A stretch of 64,000 bases of DNA from Penicillus capitatus (lineage: Eukaryota; Plantae; Chlorophyta). Of this stretch, positions 35,701 to 49,256 are shown in pieces; position 1 is the stretch's first letter, and each line of letters opens with the position of its first letter. Made by a program: the position numbers and the translations under genes. The notes below the pieces were generated by a model. That model saw only the letters and a list, made by a program, of their open reading frames with translations, ran no database searches and was not told the DNA's origin. Where the stretch lies: NCBI GenBank assembly GCA_965649825.1, contig OZ287706.1, positions 186,001-250,000 of the forward strand, in the 5' to 3' direction.

Positions 35701-38700
35701 AAAATCGATTGCTGTGTGGGTGGAGTGTCTCATTGCGCGGCGTCGGTTTGCTCGAAGAGAACGCCGACTCGGAAAGGACGATTCGCCGCTCACCGTCTAG
35801 CACTTCAACGTACGGCGCAAAATCGACACTTCTCTTCGAACGTTGTGTCGACGGCGGCGTCGATGCCGTGAAGCTCTGTCCGTCGTCGGCCTTTGTCGAA
35901 AAAGTGTGATGCATTCTTAGCACCGAAGGCAATTCTGTCAGCGCATAGCCAGACCCGCCGCCAGTGGACGACGCTCCACGTCTCGGCGTCGGCAGGGACG
36001 TGACGTCGAGATCCGTCACCTCGCTGGTTTCGGACGATGCGCCGTCGCTGATCGTCGCGTCGTCGATCTCCTCAACCGTTTCCAGCGTCGGCTGCGAAGA
36101 CGGCGTCGACACAGCCATCACGCCTTCCTTCTTCTGCTCCATCTGAATCGCGTGTTCCCAGTTCTCTGCGAAAACACAACGTGCGTTGGACAAAGAAATT
36201 CCGTTAGTGATCTGTGCCCTTGTCAGCGGGGTAGGCATCGCTCGATGCATCGGCCTCGTACTTCGATTCGAATGCTTCCAGCGTCACCGCCAAGAAGAGC
36301 GTCAAGAATATATACTTCCCAAGCACGACCCAGGATACAAAGAAGAGGACACTCCAGTCGTTCGTTTCGCGGACAACGGCATACATCGTAATCTCCCAGT
36401 CCTCCAACGTCAATACCTACAGCGCAGATACCCACTTCTGATGCGTTTGCCCCGACGGCGGCAGCTTCGAACGTTGAACATGACGATGATGGCGTCAAGG
36501 AAGGAATTGAAGTTGGGAAAGACATTGTCCGCGAAGATCCCTCCATAGACGTGAAGACCCACAATGGCATAGACGACCATGAAGATGAACATCAACAGGA
36601 CGATGGCGATGAAGGACGAGGCGGACGAAACTAAGACCTCTCCAATCTTCCTCAGCGAAGATAGGTATCGGAACACCTTAAACAGACGAAACACGCGAAA
36701 CGCCTTGAGCACGTGGAGGCTCTCGATGGATCTGAGTGAAGGCACCATCGGCGTTTGGTGTTGTCGACAGATGGGCTCACTCGTTGTTGCCACCGATGAG
36801 CTGGAAGGCGAGTTCGATGAAGGCAAAGACGACGATGACGGCGTCGAAGACGTTGAAGCGATCGGCACAGTAACGCCGCCAGCCCAGTCCGATGAGTTTG
36901 GCGATGAGCTCCACAGTGAAGAGTCCAGTGAGGATGACGTTGGCGATGGAAAGGAAGGATTTTAGACTGCCAGACATGCCGTCATGCTCCAATGTCAACA
37001 GCAACGTGTTAAGGATGATGCATCCGAGGAAGAAGTCGGAAAAGAGCGGAGTCTCGACCCCACGTCGTGCAGCGGACTGCACACGCTCTCGTGCGAAGGC
37101 GCATCGATTCCATGCCCTTTGCGAGGTCGATAAGACGATGCGTGCCTGATAAGAGAGATGATCATTTTGAGACGGCGCCCTTTCGAGAAGGCATACCGTC
37201 GATTGTCGCGCTCGGGAGAAGCTGTCCAAGAGTCGCTCCAGCGAGGCGCCTTCCATCTGGCCAGTCATATTGGACGACGATCTGCGCGTGGTGCGTAGGT
37301 ATATCGTGGACGACGTCGTCGATGCGTTTTACTTGATCGACGGCAACCGCCGCCACGTTCCGCTGCACACAGCGACGCATTTCTGAATGATATTGCGTCG
37401 CATCCGAGGAGAGGTCTTGACTTTGCTCTGAAACAGCGACTGCGCTTTGCCGAACTTCGTTTTCAGAACGGCGAGGAAGAGATTGACCTACGATGATGAC
37501 ACCGCACAGATGTGGCGCCTCCTGTTCTAAGGCGACCCACGACAAAGAAGGCGCCAAAGAGGATCAAGAAGACGAAGTAGAGACAGGTGATGATGGAGGT
37601 GTTGTCCATCGCTCTGTACATAACGTAGGACCATCCTCCAAGGGTGGTGCATTGGAAGACGGTGAGCATGCTCGATCCGACATTGTCGAATCCGGCGACG
37701 TCTTGATTCGTTCCGATATCGACGCTGCGACAGGAGAAGCCCTGTGGACAGGAACGCATTCCGCCGCAGCCCATTTCGTCGGGACTGTTGCCAAGTGCTC
37801 TCTCCATTTCGCCCGTCACATCATCGAAGCATGCTTTGTGATAGACATCGGAGTAGACTTGCAGACCGGCGATGGCGAAAAGAAAGAGGAAGAAAAAGAG
37901 CATACCGACCACAGATACCAGCAGAGGGACAGCCTACGCAATGCATGCTCCGTTGCGGTCGGCGTCGATGGCGGCGGCTCTGACACCTCGAGGAAGCACA
38001 CGACGACGGAGCGCAGTGACTGAAATCGTGTGATCGTGCGCAAAGGACGCAGCGCTCGGAGGGCTCGCAGAGCGCGAAAAGAACTCGTGCTTCCACTCCC
38101 TTCGCCGTTTTGCATGAGGCTGGTATAGCCAACGAGCACCATCGCCCCGTCGAAGATATTCCACGGTTCGCGAACGTAGCCGAGAGGACCACGAGCCGCC
38201 ATACGCACGACCATCTCCACGGAGAAGATACCATTGAAGGCGAGATCTGTCAACGGCGAGCATGAGTGGAGGAAACGACAGAAGTCGGGCACACCGATAG
38301 CGGAGAGGATGCTGTTCCACGTGGATGTCTCCGACTGCATCGGGTCGTACATCGCCAGCGTCACGCAGTTGGCCAGAATCAAGACGATGATCAGTAGTTG
38401 GATGTCTTTGTGGTCGTCCACCGCTATGAACCATTTTCTTACCGCCGAGTGACGCGCCGTTTCATCAGCCGAGTCCGTTTCACTCTTCTCGTCGACAGCG
38501 TTGGTCAGACCTGAACGAACGAACAGGAAAGCGCGACGTGTGGCGGCAGACAGGTGGAGTATGGCAGACCTAGATTCTTGATGATGCGTGTGGTGCGAAC
38601 GACGCTGTTGCGGACAATGGACGTGACGCTGAGGCGTCCGTCGCTGCGCTGTGGTGGTCCTTCTTCGTCTACTTCGTCCGCCTCCAGCTGTCTGCGCTAT

Positions 38701-39243
38701 GCGTTTCTTTGCCTAAAGAGATGGCGGACGGCGTGCTGTGTACCGTGATCGACGACGCAGCGCGATTTCTTCGAGCCATTTGATCTTTTCGTCTTGCGGA
38801 TCGCGGTCAAAATCTTGTGACCCTGAAAGGCTCTTTGTCAGACGACGGTACTCGGAAGTCAGCGTTGAACCTGTTCGGGCTGTAAAGCGTTGCAGCATCT
38901 CGACCTCCGAGAGCTTCTCGAAAGTGGCGACCTGTGCATTACGGTAGTCATGCTTGGCGATGTCGTCTTCCTTTTCATCGAATTCTGGCTCGAGGGCCTT
39001 AAGTAAATTAACAGGATGCGTTTCCGGTTCGCTGAACGACTTATGTCGACAGCTGCGACACAAACGGCAGAAGAGACTTGGAGGACAGTAGCGTCGTTTC
39101 GGGGGAAAGGGTCCTGCGCGTCGGCCGATAAGTGAAAACAGTCGGAGGGCGAGGAGGCAATGGCGGCGGAGTGTCTTCCGCGTCTCCCATGAGCGGCACT
39201 GTCGTTTCGGTGAGAAATGCGTCAAAACGCTTTGCATCAACAA
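32764..39243 (-). CDS. Four-domain voltage-gated Ca2+ channel alpha subunit (Cav-like)
   Basis: Four S4 segments (FRALRALRALRPLR; LKAFRVFRLFK; LRVLRAIKPLR; LLRLLRISRMFK); pore loops TTLGGW, LTLEDW, VTQDGY, ATNDEW; C-terminal EF-hand-like region. Both termini approximate. Confidence 0.93.
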
Positions 39244-40279
39244 CAGTCAACGCATGGCAAAACACCACGAGGCCGAAACCCTTCGCCCATTGTCCGATCA
39301 GTCTTGTGCCTTACGACGCCTTTGTCTGACAAAACGTTCGAGATTTCGCTGCAAGATACGCTAGTCGACTGTGAAGCGCGACGGTGTTGTGCATCTGCTC
39401 CAGTTGGAATTCCTTAACGAAGCGCGACATCTGTCACTCGGCTAAATATTTCCAGTATGCGAAATGCATACTTTGAGGTCGAGGTAGCGTTTTCCCGGAG
39501 TGTGGCGTCAAATAGGTTCTCCTCTATCACGTAACGGTAGCCATACATGACCTTGACACCATCGATGGCTCGACTGAAAACGCTTTCGCTTGGCTCGAAC
39601 CGTCCTCGACAGTGCAGAGGGACAGACCTGAACCGCGAGACGGCTATTCGAAAGTATACGCATGAGCGGGCGACGATTGACGGCAGATTTCTGTGGACGG
39701 TTCATGCGCTGTTCACAGCCCAACTGTAGAATGCTGTGGTAGATGCCGGCTGTGCGCATCCCATGTACCTCGACCGTCAGCTTGGATACCTAGAGCAACA
39801 GAAAGGCGCTTCCGAGAACGCCTGTGTGCCGCAGAGAGAGGAGGAAGATTCCCACGTCGCTGTCGTACGAATCCGCGTCGACGTTCGCAGACATCGCGTG
39901 CATCCGAAGCGTTTACCCGGTATGACGAAGAAGAAAAAGTCCGTGAGGTAGGTACTGTCTACACCCCATTCCCGTTGTCCGGATCGATCGATCGATCACG
40001 TCACGCCCTGTAGGTTTCCTGTCAAACCTGAACGTTTCACGCCTTCGCCGTCGCGTGATCCAAAACCATTGAAAGTGTGTGACCTGTCCCATCATTCTGC
40101 TCGAGGACAAGACTGCGGTGACATGACAGAGCATCTTAAAGAAGAGGGGCGCCGTCGGAGACGACGATACGGTTGACAGTAATGTGGACCAGGTCCTGCA
40201 CTCTATCGAATGCCTTCCACACAGAATGGACTGGCCTGTCCGACAGGAAAGGGGATGTCTGCTGATGCGCGTTCCGAGA

Positions 40280-42448
40280 ATGCCATCGAGTGAGAGCCTC
40301 GAATTAGAAGAGATTATATCTGGTGAGTGAGGACGTTCTCAAGAATACCAGCGCGCCGCATTCTCGTTAGATGAGGACATCGGCCGCAATGGATACCCCT
40401 CAGAGTGTCCGCCTCATTCTGTGGGATCTTCGTCAGATGAGGCGATGTTGGAGGACGATTTTGGATCGCTCTCCCATTCGGAAAGCGATTCGGAGCTCGA
40501 CATCGAAAGAGAAACGCGTCTGCTCGACGCCTTCAAGTCTCGGCAATGTACAGAGAGCATCTTGATGTGACGTATGGATACTTGTGCAGGCAGAGGGAGG
40601 AGGAAGACGCCAAACAGCAGGAGCTCTCTATGGCAACGACACGACTCGAAGTCCCATCATCTACCGACGGATCTCATTTCGCATGCGATGTTCCTGGCAG
40701 GACGATGAGATGTCTTTGGCGTCGGATGACGTGACAGGTGTCTCTTTTGGCAAGATGGATCTGGAACACATCAAGATACGTATCGCTGAGATCTTGCAGT
40801 TTCTGCAGAGATCTCCCAAAACGGACGGCGATTCTCGTCGTCTCTCGCGTCAGCGATATCTGCAGCAACTGAAGGAAGACATCATGACATACTACAGTTA
40901 CAACGAATTCATGACAGAGATGCTGCTGGCCTATTTTTCACCGACAGAGGCGATTGAGTTCATCGAGGCGAGCGAAGTGCCACGCCCAGTAACCATCCGC
41001 GTCAACAGTCTGAAAACGAAAAGAAGAGAGCTGGCGGCGGCGCTTATCAACCAAGGCATCAATCTCGATCCCGTCGGCGATTGGTCGAAAGTCGTGTCAC
41101 GATTAGATCGCGATCAGCGGACGATGCAGTGTGTGATGTGACAGGTGGGATTGGTCATTTACGACGCACCTGTCGCCGTGGGAGCAACACCCGAGTACAT
41201 GGCAGGACATTACATGCTTCAAGGTCACACCATCCCCATCGACGATCACAATATAAAGCGATGGACAGGTGCATCGTCCTTCCTGCCGTGTATGGCCTTG
41301 GCACCTCGACCGGATGAAGTCGTCGTCGACATGGCGGCCGCCCCCGGCGGCAAAACGACATATCTCGCCGCCATGATGCACAACAAAGGCAGGACAGTCC
41401 GATCACACTTTGTTTTATTCAAAAGAGTGAGAGAGGGATGTATCAGGGATGATTGTGGCCAATGACATGAACAAGAAACGCACAAAGGCCCTGTTTGCAA
41501 ACATCCAGAGAATGGGTGTCAAGAATGCCGTCGTCTGTAATCTCGAAGGCAGAGAACTGTTACAGAAACTGGGTCGACAGTATGCCGATCGCGTCCTGCT
41601 GGATGCTCCCTGCAGCGGCACAGGAGTCATCTCCAAGGATCCCTCTGCAAAAGTGTGCTGCTCCCTTAACTCGTTGTCTTTCGCCGATAGACTGCGGAAT
41701 GACAGAGTAGTAAAAACGAAAAGGATCTGCAGAAATTGACACATGTGCAGCGACAGCTGATATTGGCTGCGATTGATATGGTGAATGCAAAGTCCAAGCA
41801 CGGAGGATGTGTTGTCTACTCTACCTGCTCAATTCTTCCGGAAGAGAACGAAGCTGTGGTGCACTATGCTCTGAAGGAGAGGTTTGTGAAAGTGGTGGCG
41901 ACGGGACTGGAGTTCGGTCGAGATGGATTCGTCCGTTGCGGAAAACATCGATTTCATCCCTCAGTCAAGGAAGCGCGACGTTATTACCCGCATGCACATA
42001 ACATCGAAGGTCACATCATCACACTTTGATGACATAGAGTGAGAAATGATATTCAGGTTTCTTCGTCTGTAAACTGCAGAAGTTTCAGAATGGATCGCGG
42101 CGAGATGTGTCGCAGGGGAAAGTGGAAGAGAACGAAGAGGAAGCTGTGGAGAAGGCACGGAAAAACGGCCTAATCGATGAAGGCTTAAAATTCCCGCCGC
42201 CGAACGGAACGGCACATCCCCAGATCAAACGACCGAAGCCCACCGAGGGCGAGGCAAAAGAACGCAGGCCTTCGTGGCTGGTGACAGCGACAGATGCGAC
42301 AACTTCCTCTGGCAAACGAAAGAAGCTCTCGTGGGGGAAGAAACTCGCCGAAGTACAGACCGTCTTTGTGCTCTATCTCTGCTCCCTACACAATTTGTCT
42401 GCCGTAGCAATTGAGGGCCAAGAGATCAAAGTCCTGACGAAGAGATGA
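40280..42448 (+). CDS. NOP2: NOP2/NSUN1 25S rRNA m5C methyltransferase
   Basis: RPVTIRVNSLKTKRRELA; GATPEYMAGHYMLQG; DMAAAPGGKTT; VANDMNKKR; DRVLLDAPCSGTG; VYSTCS; HNIEG/FFVCKL. Confidence 0.95.
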
Positions 42449-42672
42449 GAGATGCAGGAGATGGATGGAATCCGAACGGACACGCTATTTGTGTTAACTG
42501 ACCGACTGACGTTCTGTCGAATCGATCGCGTTTCTCCGGGCCGCCGCCGCAGCAGCTGTCACATCAAGCCGACGAACGAAACGACCCCGACGACGTTGAC
42601 GCTTCATCTCGGTGGTCCTTGTGGACGAAACCCTTAAGCGTCCTTCGGGCGAAACGCCTCCTCGTCTTCTGC

Positions 42673-44974
42673 ATGTCACCCACTGGCCTTCGTCGCGTCA
42701 TGTTCTGCCAAGGCCACCGCGGCGTCGCATCTTTCGCGTTGCGCAAGGCGGTCGTCTCAGCGCGACCTGTTCACCGACCCATCTCATGGGCCCGTCGTCA
42801 TATCAACGATCGTTTCAGGCTCTTGGCTGAAAAAGAGACCGTCACATCATCTTCTTCAGGTTGACCCAATGTCGCAGAGGACTCGTGAGGAGACAGACCG
42901 GTGCGGCATTCAGAGAATGGCCTGGCGATGGGCGTCGCGATAGAAGGGGATCTGTCTGTGATCGATGGCGCCACCGTCGATGAGACGACGTATGTCGAAA
43001 AGTACCGTTGCGATCAGAGGACGGTGTCGATTGTCGTGGTCGGCGCCTCGGGCGATTTGGCGAAGAAAAAGATCTTCCCTGCATTGTTTGCCCTCTACTA
43101 CCAAGGAATGCTTCCAGAAGTCAGGACCAGCAGATATCTCATTACCAAATGTGTGACGTGTGACCCGTCTGACTGTTTCTCCAGAACTTCCAGATCTTCG
43201 GCTTCGCACGGAGTCAGATGTCCGATGCGTCTTTTCGGGATGCCATCGTCGAGACACTGACATGTCGGATCGACGCTGGGTACATCACACTTCTCACTCT
43301 TATGCCATCGTCCATTCGCCTTTCCGTTTCTAGAGAGAACTGCGAAGAAAAGATGGACCATTTCTTGGAAAGGTGCTTCTATAAATCGGTACGGAACGCC
43401 GGAGCCCGAGCAAGAGAAGTGAAGGTGGTGGTGTAGGGGCAATACACAAGTCCAAGCGACTTCAAATCGCTCGATGCGATGATGCATACCATAGAAGGTC
43501 CTTGTCCAGCCGATCGCGTATTCTACCTCTCCATTCCGCCCAGCGTCTTCACCGACGCCGCCGCCAATGCCTCTGATCACTGCTCCAGCTCGTACATCTC
43601 GTTGGGCACAACGAAAGGAGTGATCTGGTCGGTATTGTGTGAGTAGATCAGGCTGGACGAGGTGTGTCGTGGAGAAGCCGTTCGGCAGAGACAGTGGATC
43701 GAGTCGGCAACTGAGCGAGGCACTTTCTCGCCATCTGACGGAAGATCAGATATACCGAATCGATCATTACCTTGGCAAAGAACTCATCGAGAATCTCACG
43801 GTAGTAAACAACACAGAGCGTTCACCGCTCTCTAGCAAACTGCAGAGATGCGTGATGTGACAACCTGTGTGCCAGGTGCTACGGTTTTCGAATCTGATCT
43901 TCGAGCCGCTCTGGTCTCGGCAGTACATCAAGAACGTCCAGATCGTCTTTTCGGAAGACTTTGGCACCGAAGGCCGTGGTGGATACTTCGATCAGTACGG
44001 AATCATCCGAGACGTCATCCAAAATCACCTTCTGCAAATTGTGGCACTCTTTGCGATGGAGCAGCCTGTCTCTTTGGACGCAGAGGATATCCGGAACGAG
44101 AAGGTCAAGGTCCTGCGCAGCATCGAGAAGGTCAATATCGATGACGTCGTCCTGGGACAGTACTCGAAACGCCAGACGAGGGGACACACCTACCCTGGTT
44201 ACATCGATGATCCCACTGTTCCGCAGAACAGGTCAGGCATCCCTGTACACCTCCTGTCACATCATGGATCGTGTGTGCATGCCGACAGCATCACGCCGAC
44301 ATTTGCTGCGCTGGCCCTGTTCATCAACAACTCCCGGTGGGCCGGTGTTCCTTTTCTGTTAAAAGCGGGGAAGGCGCTGAACAGCAAGCGTGCCGAGATT
44401 CGCGTCCAGGTAATGCAATCGTGGCACTGATCGGTGCAGACTCGCAACGACGACGTCTTCTTTGTGTGTCCTGTGCAGTTTCATCAAGTGCCGGGCGGAT
44501 TGTATAAGGGAAAGTTTGGTGTCGATTCTGCCAGTTCTTTTAACGAACTCGTTATCCGTATCCAGCCGAAGGAGGCCATTTACCTCAAGATCAATAGCAA
44601 GGCGCCAGGTCTTGGCATCCGTATTGAAAACACGCGTCTGGATCTGCCATATCACATCCGCTACGACAAAGAACTCCCAGACGCCTACGAACGTCTCATT
44701 CTGGATGTCATCAACGGTTCGTTCTCTCACTCTTTCGCTGACGTGACGGCAAAAGTGTGATGCAGGAGACAAACGCCTGTTCATACGGAATGATGAGTTA
44801 GACGCCGCATGGGAGTTGTTCACGCCTGTTCTCGAAGCGTTGGAAGAAGAACAGACGGCACCTGAACTCTACCCCTATGGTTCCAGAGGCCCAGTCGGGG
44901 CACATTACTTAGGCGCCAAGTATGACGTCCGATGGGGTGATCTCTCTTACTCGCCCAGCACCAGCAACGAATGA
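42673..44974 (+). CDS. G6PD: Glucose-6-phosphate dehydrogenase, plastid (redox-regulated) type
   Basis: [16 protein letters not shown]; LTCRID..ENCEEK (the two regulatory Cys of plastid isoforms); RIDHYLGKE; [18 protein letters not shown]; PDAYERL; YGSRGP; N-terminal transit-like peptide (start approximate). Confidence 0.96.
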
Positions 44975-45051
44975 CGTGACAGCGATGCGACAGGATGACG
45001 CAATGCTTGGACGTATTTTAACAACGGCCAGATCCATTTCAGCGTTTCCCA

Positions 45052-48000
45052 ATGGCCAGTTCCGCATTTTATCGCGAAGCGGTCGCGAATCAACAGAAAC
45101 TCTTCGAAGAGCTTGTTGGAAAGATCCTCGGTCCGGAGGTCGCACCGACCGTCGCGCGATGTGACGTTTGCCATGGGTCCGTTTCTCTAGGCGACCACCG
45201 GAGAGAAGAGACGGGCAGTGGGGCGCTGTCAACATCGCTCGGCGTTTCATGGCTGCCTCGACACGCATTCCACGGCAGTCGAGGCGGAGCTGCGTCGCAT
45301 CGTCGAGTTCATGCGGATCGAATCGCGGGAGCGCGACACAGCAAGACTGCTAAAACTCAAGGAGCGTTTTCTCAGTCTATCCCTTCCGTCTGACGTCACA
45401 GACGTGCACTACGTTATGCTTCGCTTCCTGACCTGCCTCACTGGCAATCTCTCCCGCGCCAGTCAAAGGACAGAAGAGGCAATGGAGATCGAATCATCCG
45501 ACGGGGCAGCGAACAAAGACGACGTCAGTCTTTCTAACTCTCTGAGTGATTCCGCAGAAGCGAGTGCATCGGAGCTGTCGTGCTGGTCTGAAGAGGACGT
45601 CGGCGAGGAGAGCAGCCATACGGCCATGAGCAGCGAGGACATGCCACAGGAAGCAGCTCTGCTGAACTGGGAGGCGTACTTCGTCCCCTTCTGCGATGCC
45701 GAGACGTCTGTCGTCCGAACAGAGCAGCCGTCCGATGGATCGCTGCTGGAATGCTTGACGAAGATTCAGTTGCCAGAGGTGCCATTGAGTGCTTGTCTGT
45801 TGTTTCTGCGTTCGGAGTGGGACCTTGTCCTCAGTTGCCTGAGAGTCCTCCAGGGACGAGACTCTGTGGCCTTTCAGTGGGATCGATGCACTCGTGCCTT
45901 CGCAATCGATGTCCATCTTCAGACGCTACACTTTTCCGCCGCCACGATGCGACATGCGCTAGAATGGTTTGGACGCTATGGATGCGACACTCGGTGTCTC
46001 CTGGAATGGACGGCTTCCATCGTGGACGTGAGCAGTCGACAGGAGCTGAGCGGAAGCTACGGCCGCCGTCCTCTCTCTTCCCAACCCGTCGTCTGTCCAA
46101 CCCTCTCCGCAACGGCACATGCGATTCAGGCCGAGCTCAATCGATTGCTGCGTCCTTTGATTCAGACGGAGCATCTCGTCGAATGCGATCCCAGTCGTCG
46201 CGTAACGCTCGTTCGTTTGAAATGCCTGACATCGGCAACGGCACGACAGATTCGCGTACTGCACAGTGTGGTGCGGGAACTGCAGCGCGTATTAGAGAGT
46301 GATATGTCTTCGAATGCCATGACGTCTGCCGTTTTGGACTGTCTCTATGACATGGCGACGAAGAACGAGGCGAACAGCAGTCCTCTCTTTCAGGCAGGAG
46401 ATGAAATGATCTGGAAGATCTTTACCGAAGCACTGTCGCCTCTTCTCTCGCACTTGACGGCTTGGCTGTACATGGGCGATGTCTCGAGCCTTGCAGACGA
46501 TTTCTTTATTTCGTCGATGCCGGCGCGTCAGACAGAGGAGGCAGATTTCTGGTTGGATGCTTATGTCTTGAAGGACGATGGGTCATGTCCCAAATTCCTT
46601 TCTCCCATTGTCTCTGCCATCCACGACGGTGGCAAGGCGCTGCAATTCATGCGGAATCAAGAGCAGGGTTGTGCATTCGATAAATTCGGAACGCAGGAGG
46701 TCGTTGGGACGGGAAAACTGCAAGCGCTCGTTTCCGATCAGTGGACGAATGATCATCTCTGCCAGCAATTCATGAAGTACCTCGCGTCGAACAGCGAAGA
46801 CGCTGTCAGCGAAGAGACGTCGGAATCGACTAGCCTCGCTCAGAAAATGGCCATTGCTGGAAAACATAGAGGCGAAGACGCTGTGCATATTCTGCAGGGA
46901 GCGGTTCCTTGGGAGTATGTGGCCGACGAAGACGCGACTGCCGAATTCAGGACGCCATCGACGAGTCCGAATGTCTATTCCCAATCTTCCACGAGTAATG
47001 ACGTGGCGACGGCTGCTCCGCACGAGAACGTCATCGTTTCGGCGGCGGATGCATCTGACTGGCCAGACTCGTATGTCGACATCGGCAAAGCGATGGAACG
47101 TGTGCGAATTGAATTCGAGTCTGCGTTGCTCACCCAGCCGTCCCACTGCAAGTAATGATATCGCCCGTCGTCTTTGCATGGTGTGGTGGCACACTGTATT
47201 GCACGTGCAGGAATGCCGCTCTGTGTCAGGTCCTTCCTGGAGGCGCCGATCGTCTGCCCTACGCCGAACTCCGAGAAACCATTTTCAAGAGCAGGGGCAC
47301 AGAGATTCCTGCCTTCCCGAACAAGGACGCCGATCTGTCCACCTCGACACGCAACGGCATCCGTTGTGCCCCGGCCGAGGTCGTACTCAGACAAAGCCTC
47401 ATCACGACCTTGCTCAACAGAGTCCGTCCCATTGCTGCTGCCCTTTGGTTTGAAGCTGCTTTCTAGAGTGTGGAGGTCGTTCGCTCCTTCATCGACTTTC
47501 TGCTGAAGGATCAGGGTTTGATGTCGGAGATCCAGATTCTCAAAAACGTCTTCCTTCTCGGTTCGCCTGCCATGGCAGAATGGGTGCGGCGTTTTACCGA
47601 ACAGCTGATTCAGAGCGACGGTCTCGAAGATCTGATCGAGTTCCACGTCCTCACGGATATGCAGGAGTGCTTTCGCAGCTGTCACATCGGCGAGGAGCTG
47701 CCCATCTGCGGATACAACGAATTCGACGAGCTCTTCTTCGACATGCGTCTCTCGCAGTGGGATAAGCGCTTTTCAGATCAGCAGCATCTGTGGAAGGAGA
47801 GGTCACCTCAGGAGATCCACGAATGTGGCCTGAACTATCCCCTCAAGTGGCCCCTCTGTCTCGTCGTCAATGAGCCTCGCCTGAAGAGATACAACAAGGT
47901 GTTTCTCTTTCTCCTGAAGATGCAGTGGGTCAGTTATGCCGTCAAAAGCAACGGCTGGCGAATGAAGCAGCTCCGAGACCACGTATCCCCTGAGCTGCTT

Positions 48001-48560
48001 GTACCGTATGCCCAGCTGCAGAACTGGCGACAGCTGTACCGACTTTCCCACGAGATGACGCACTTTATGAAGCACCTGCAGCAGCACGTCCTGGAAAACA
48101 TCCACACAACGTTTGATCGATTCTGCCAAGTGCGAGCTGTCTTTGATGTGACGTTTGGTGCATACGGTATGTGCGTGCTCAGGGGATGGCGGATGCGCAG
48201 TCCGTTAGCGAACTGCTCAATCAACACGATGCCGCCTTGGAAGATATCGTGCGTTTCAGTTTTCAGACGAAGAAGAAACAATGGGCGACGGTCCATACCC
48301 GTCTTCTCACTCTCTTCCACGCCATTCTCAATTTCTGCGCTTTATGGAAAGCCATTGCTGTCACAGATCGTAGAGAGACGGGCAAGATCGATGTCCTGTT
48401 GGAAGGCATGAATCGAGTGGTCGGGCAATATAACGACACTCGGGCAAGCGTGATGATGATTTTGCAGATCTACAGTTTCTCCCTGGGCGGCAACCGAGAA
48501 CTCAATCATCTCATCGCGCTGCTCAATTTCAATGACATCTACCAACATTACACGCCTTAA
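45052..48560 (+). CDS. Gamma-tubulin complex component (Spc97/98 family, GCP5-like)
   Basis: LLSHLTAWLYMG..DDFFI; FWLDAY..CPKFL..IHDGGKALQ; LKNVFLLGS; LNYPLKWPLCLVV..RYNKVFLFLLK. Paralogue assignment is less certain than the family. Confidence 0.85.
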
Positions 48561-49256
48561 CTGTGCGGCTGGTTCAGAATGACGCCGACGGCGATGCCGA
48601 GGCGCGAGAAACGGGGCCAGGGATGACAACGCGATCCGCGAGCGACATAGGCGTGCGACCTTGTGTCACCGCCGTCGCGATGAACGCAATGTGCTATGAG
48701 ATCTGAGGCCACCCACCGCCTTCGAGCGTTTCCCTCTCGATGCCGCCGTCCCTTGTTCCACTCGCCGCGTCGTATCCGAGTCGGTGATGACACTATTGGT
48801 TGACTAGAGTCGCTGAGACGGGCATTGATGATTCCTCCTGGCTGTCTGAGACTCGGATACCGTCGTACCGATGCTGTCACTGTTTTACCGTAGCCTCTCT
48901 GGAAAGCAGAATGGACCCCGGCGTCATCGCCTTGTGTGTCGAACGTCACGCCAGCGATGGAAATGGACCCCGTGTGGACCTCAAGTGGACCCCTGTGTGT
49001 GACCCCTTCCTCCGGTACTTCAGCTTAGTCCTCGGCGTCTTTATCTCAGAAAGCGAATACGCAACAGTCGACAAGAACTCTCATCGCTTCTTTGCAGAGA
49101 CATCAGAACAAAGGTCATTCATTTTACTGGACAGCTTCTTTAGACTTTGACGACGACGACGCATCTCGTTCACCCCTGTCCTCAAGTACGTTGTCTCCGT
49201 CCGGGCCGGAATCAATCTTTGAGGTGACGGTTGGTGTGCAGCTTTACGATTGCGTA

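Noticed and set aside
39410-40134. Probable small spliced gene on the minus strand between the channel and NOP2
   Set aside because: Splice-like sites exist, but I could not derive a unique frame or any family motif.
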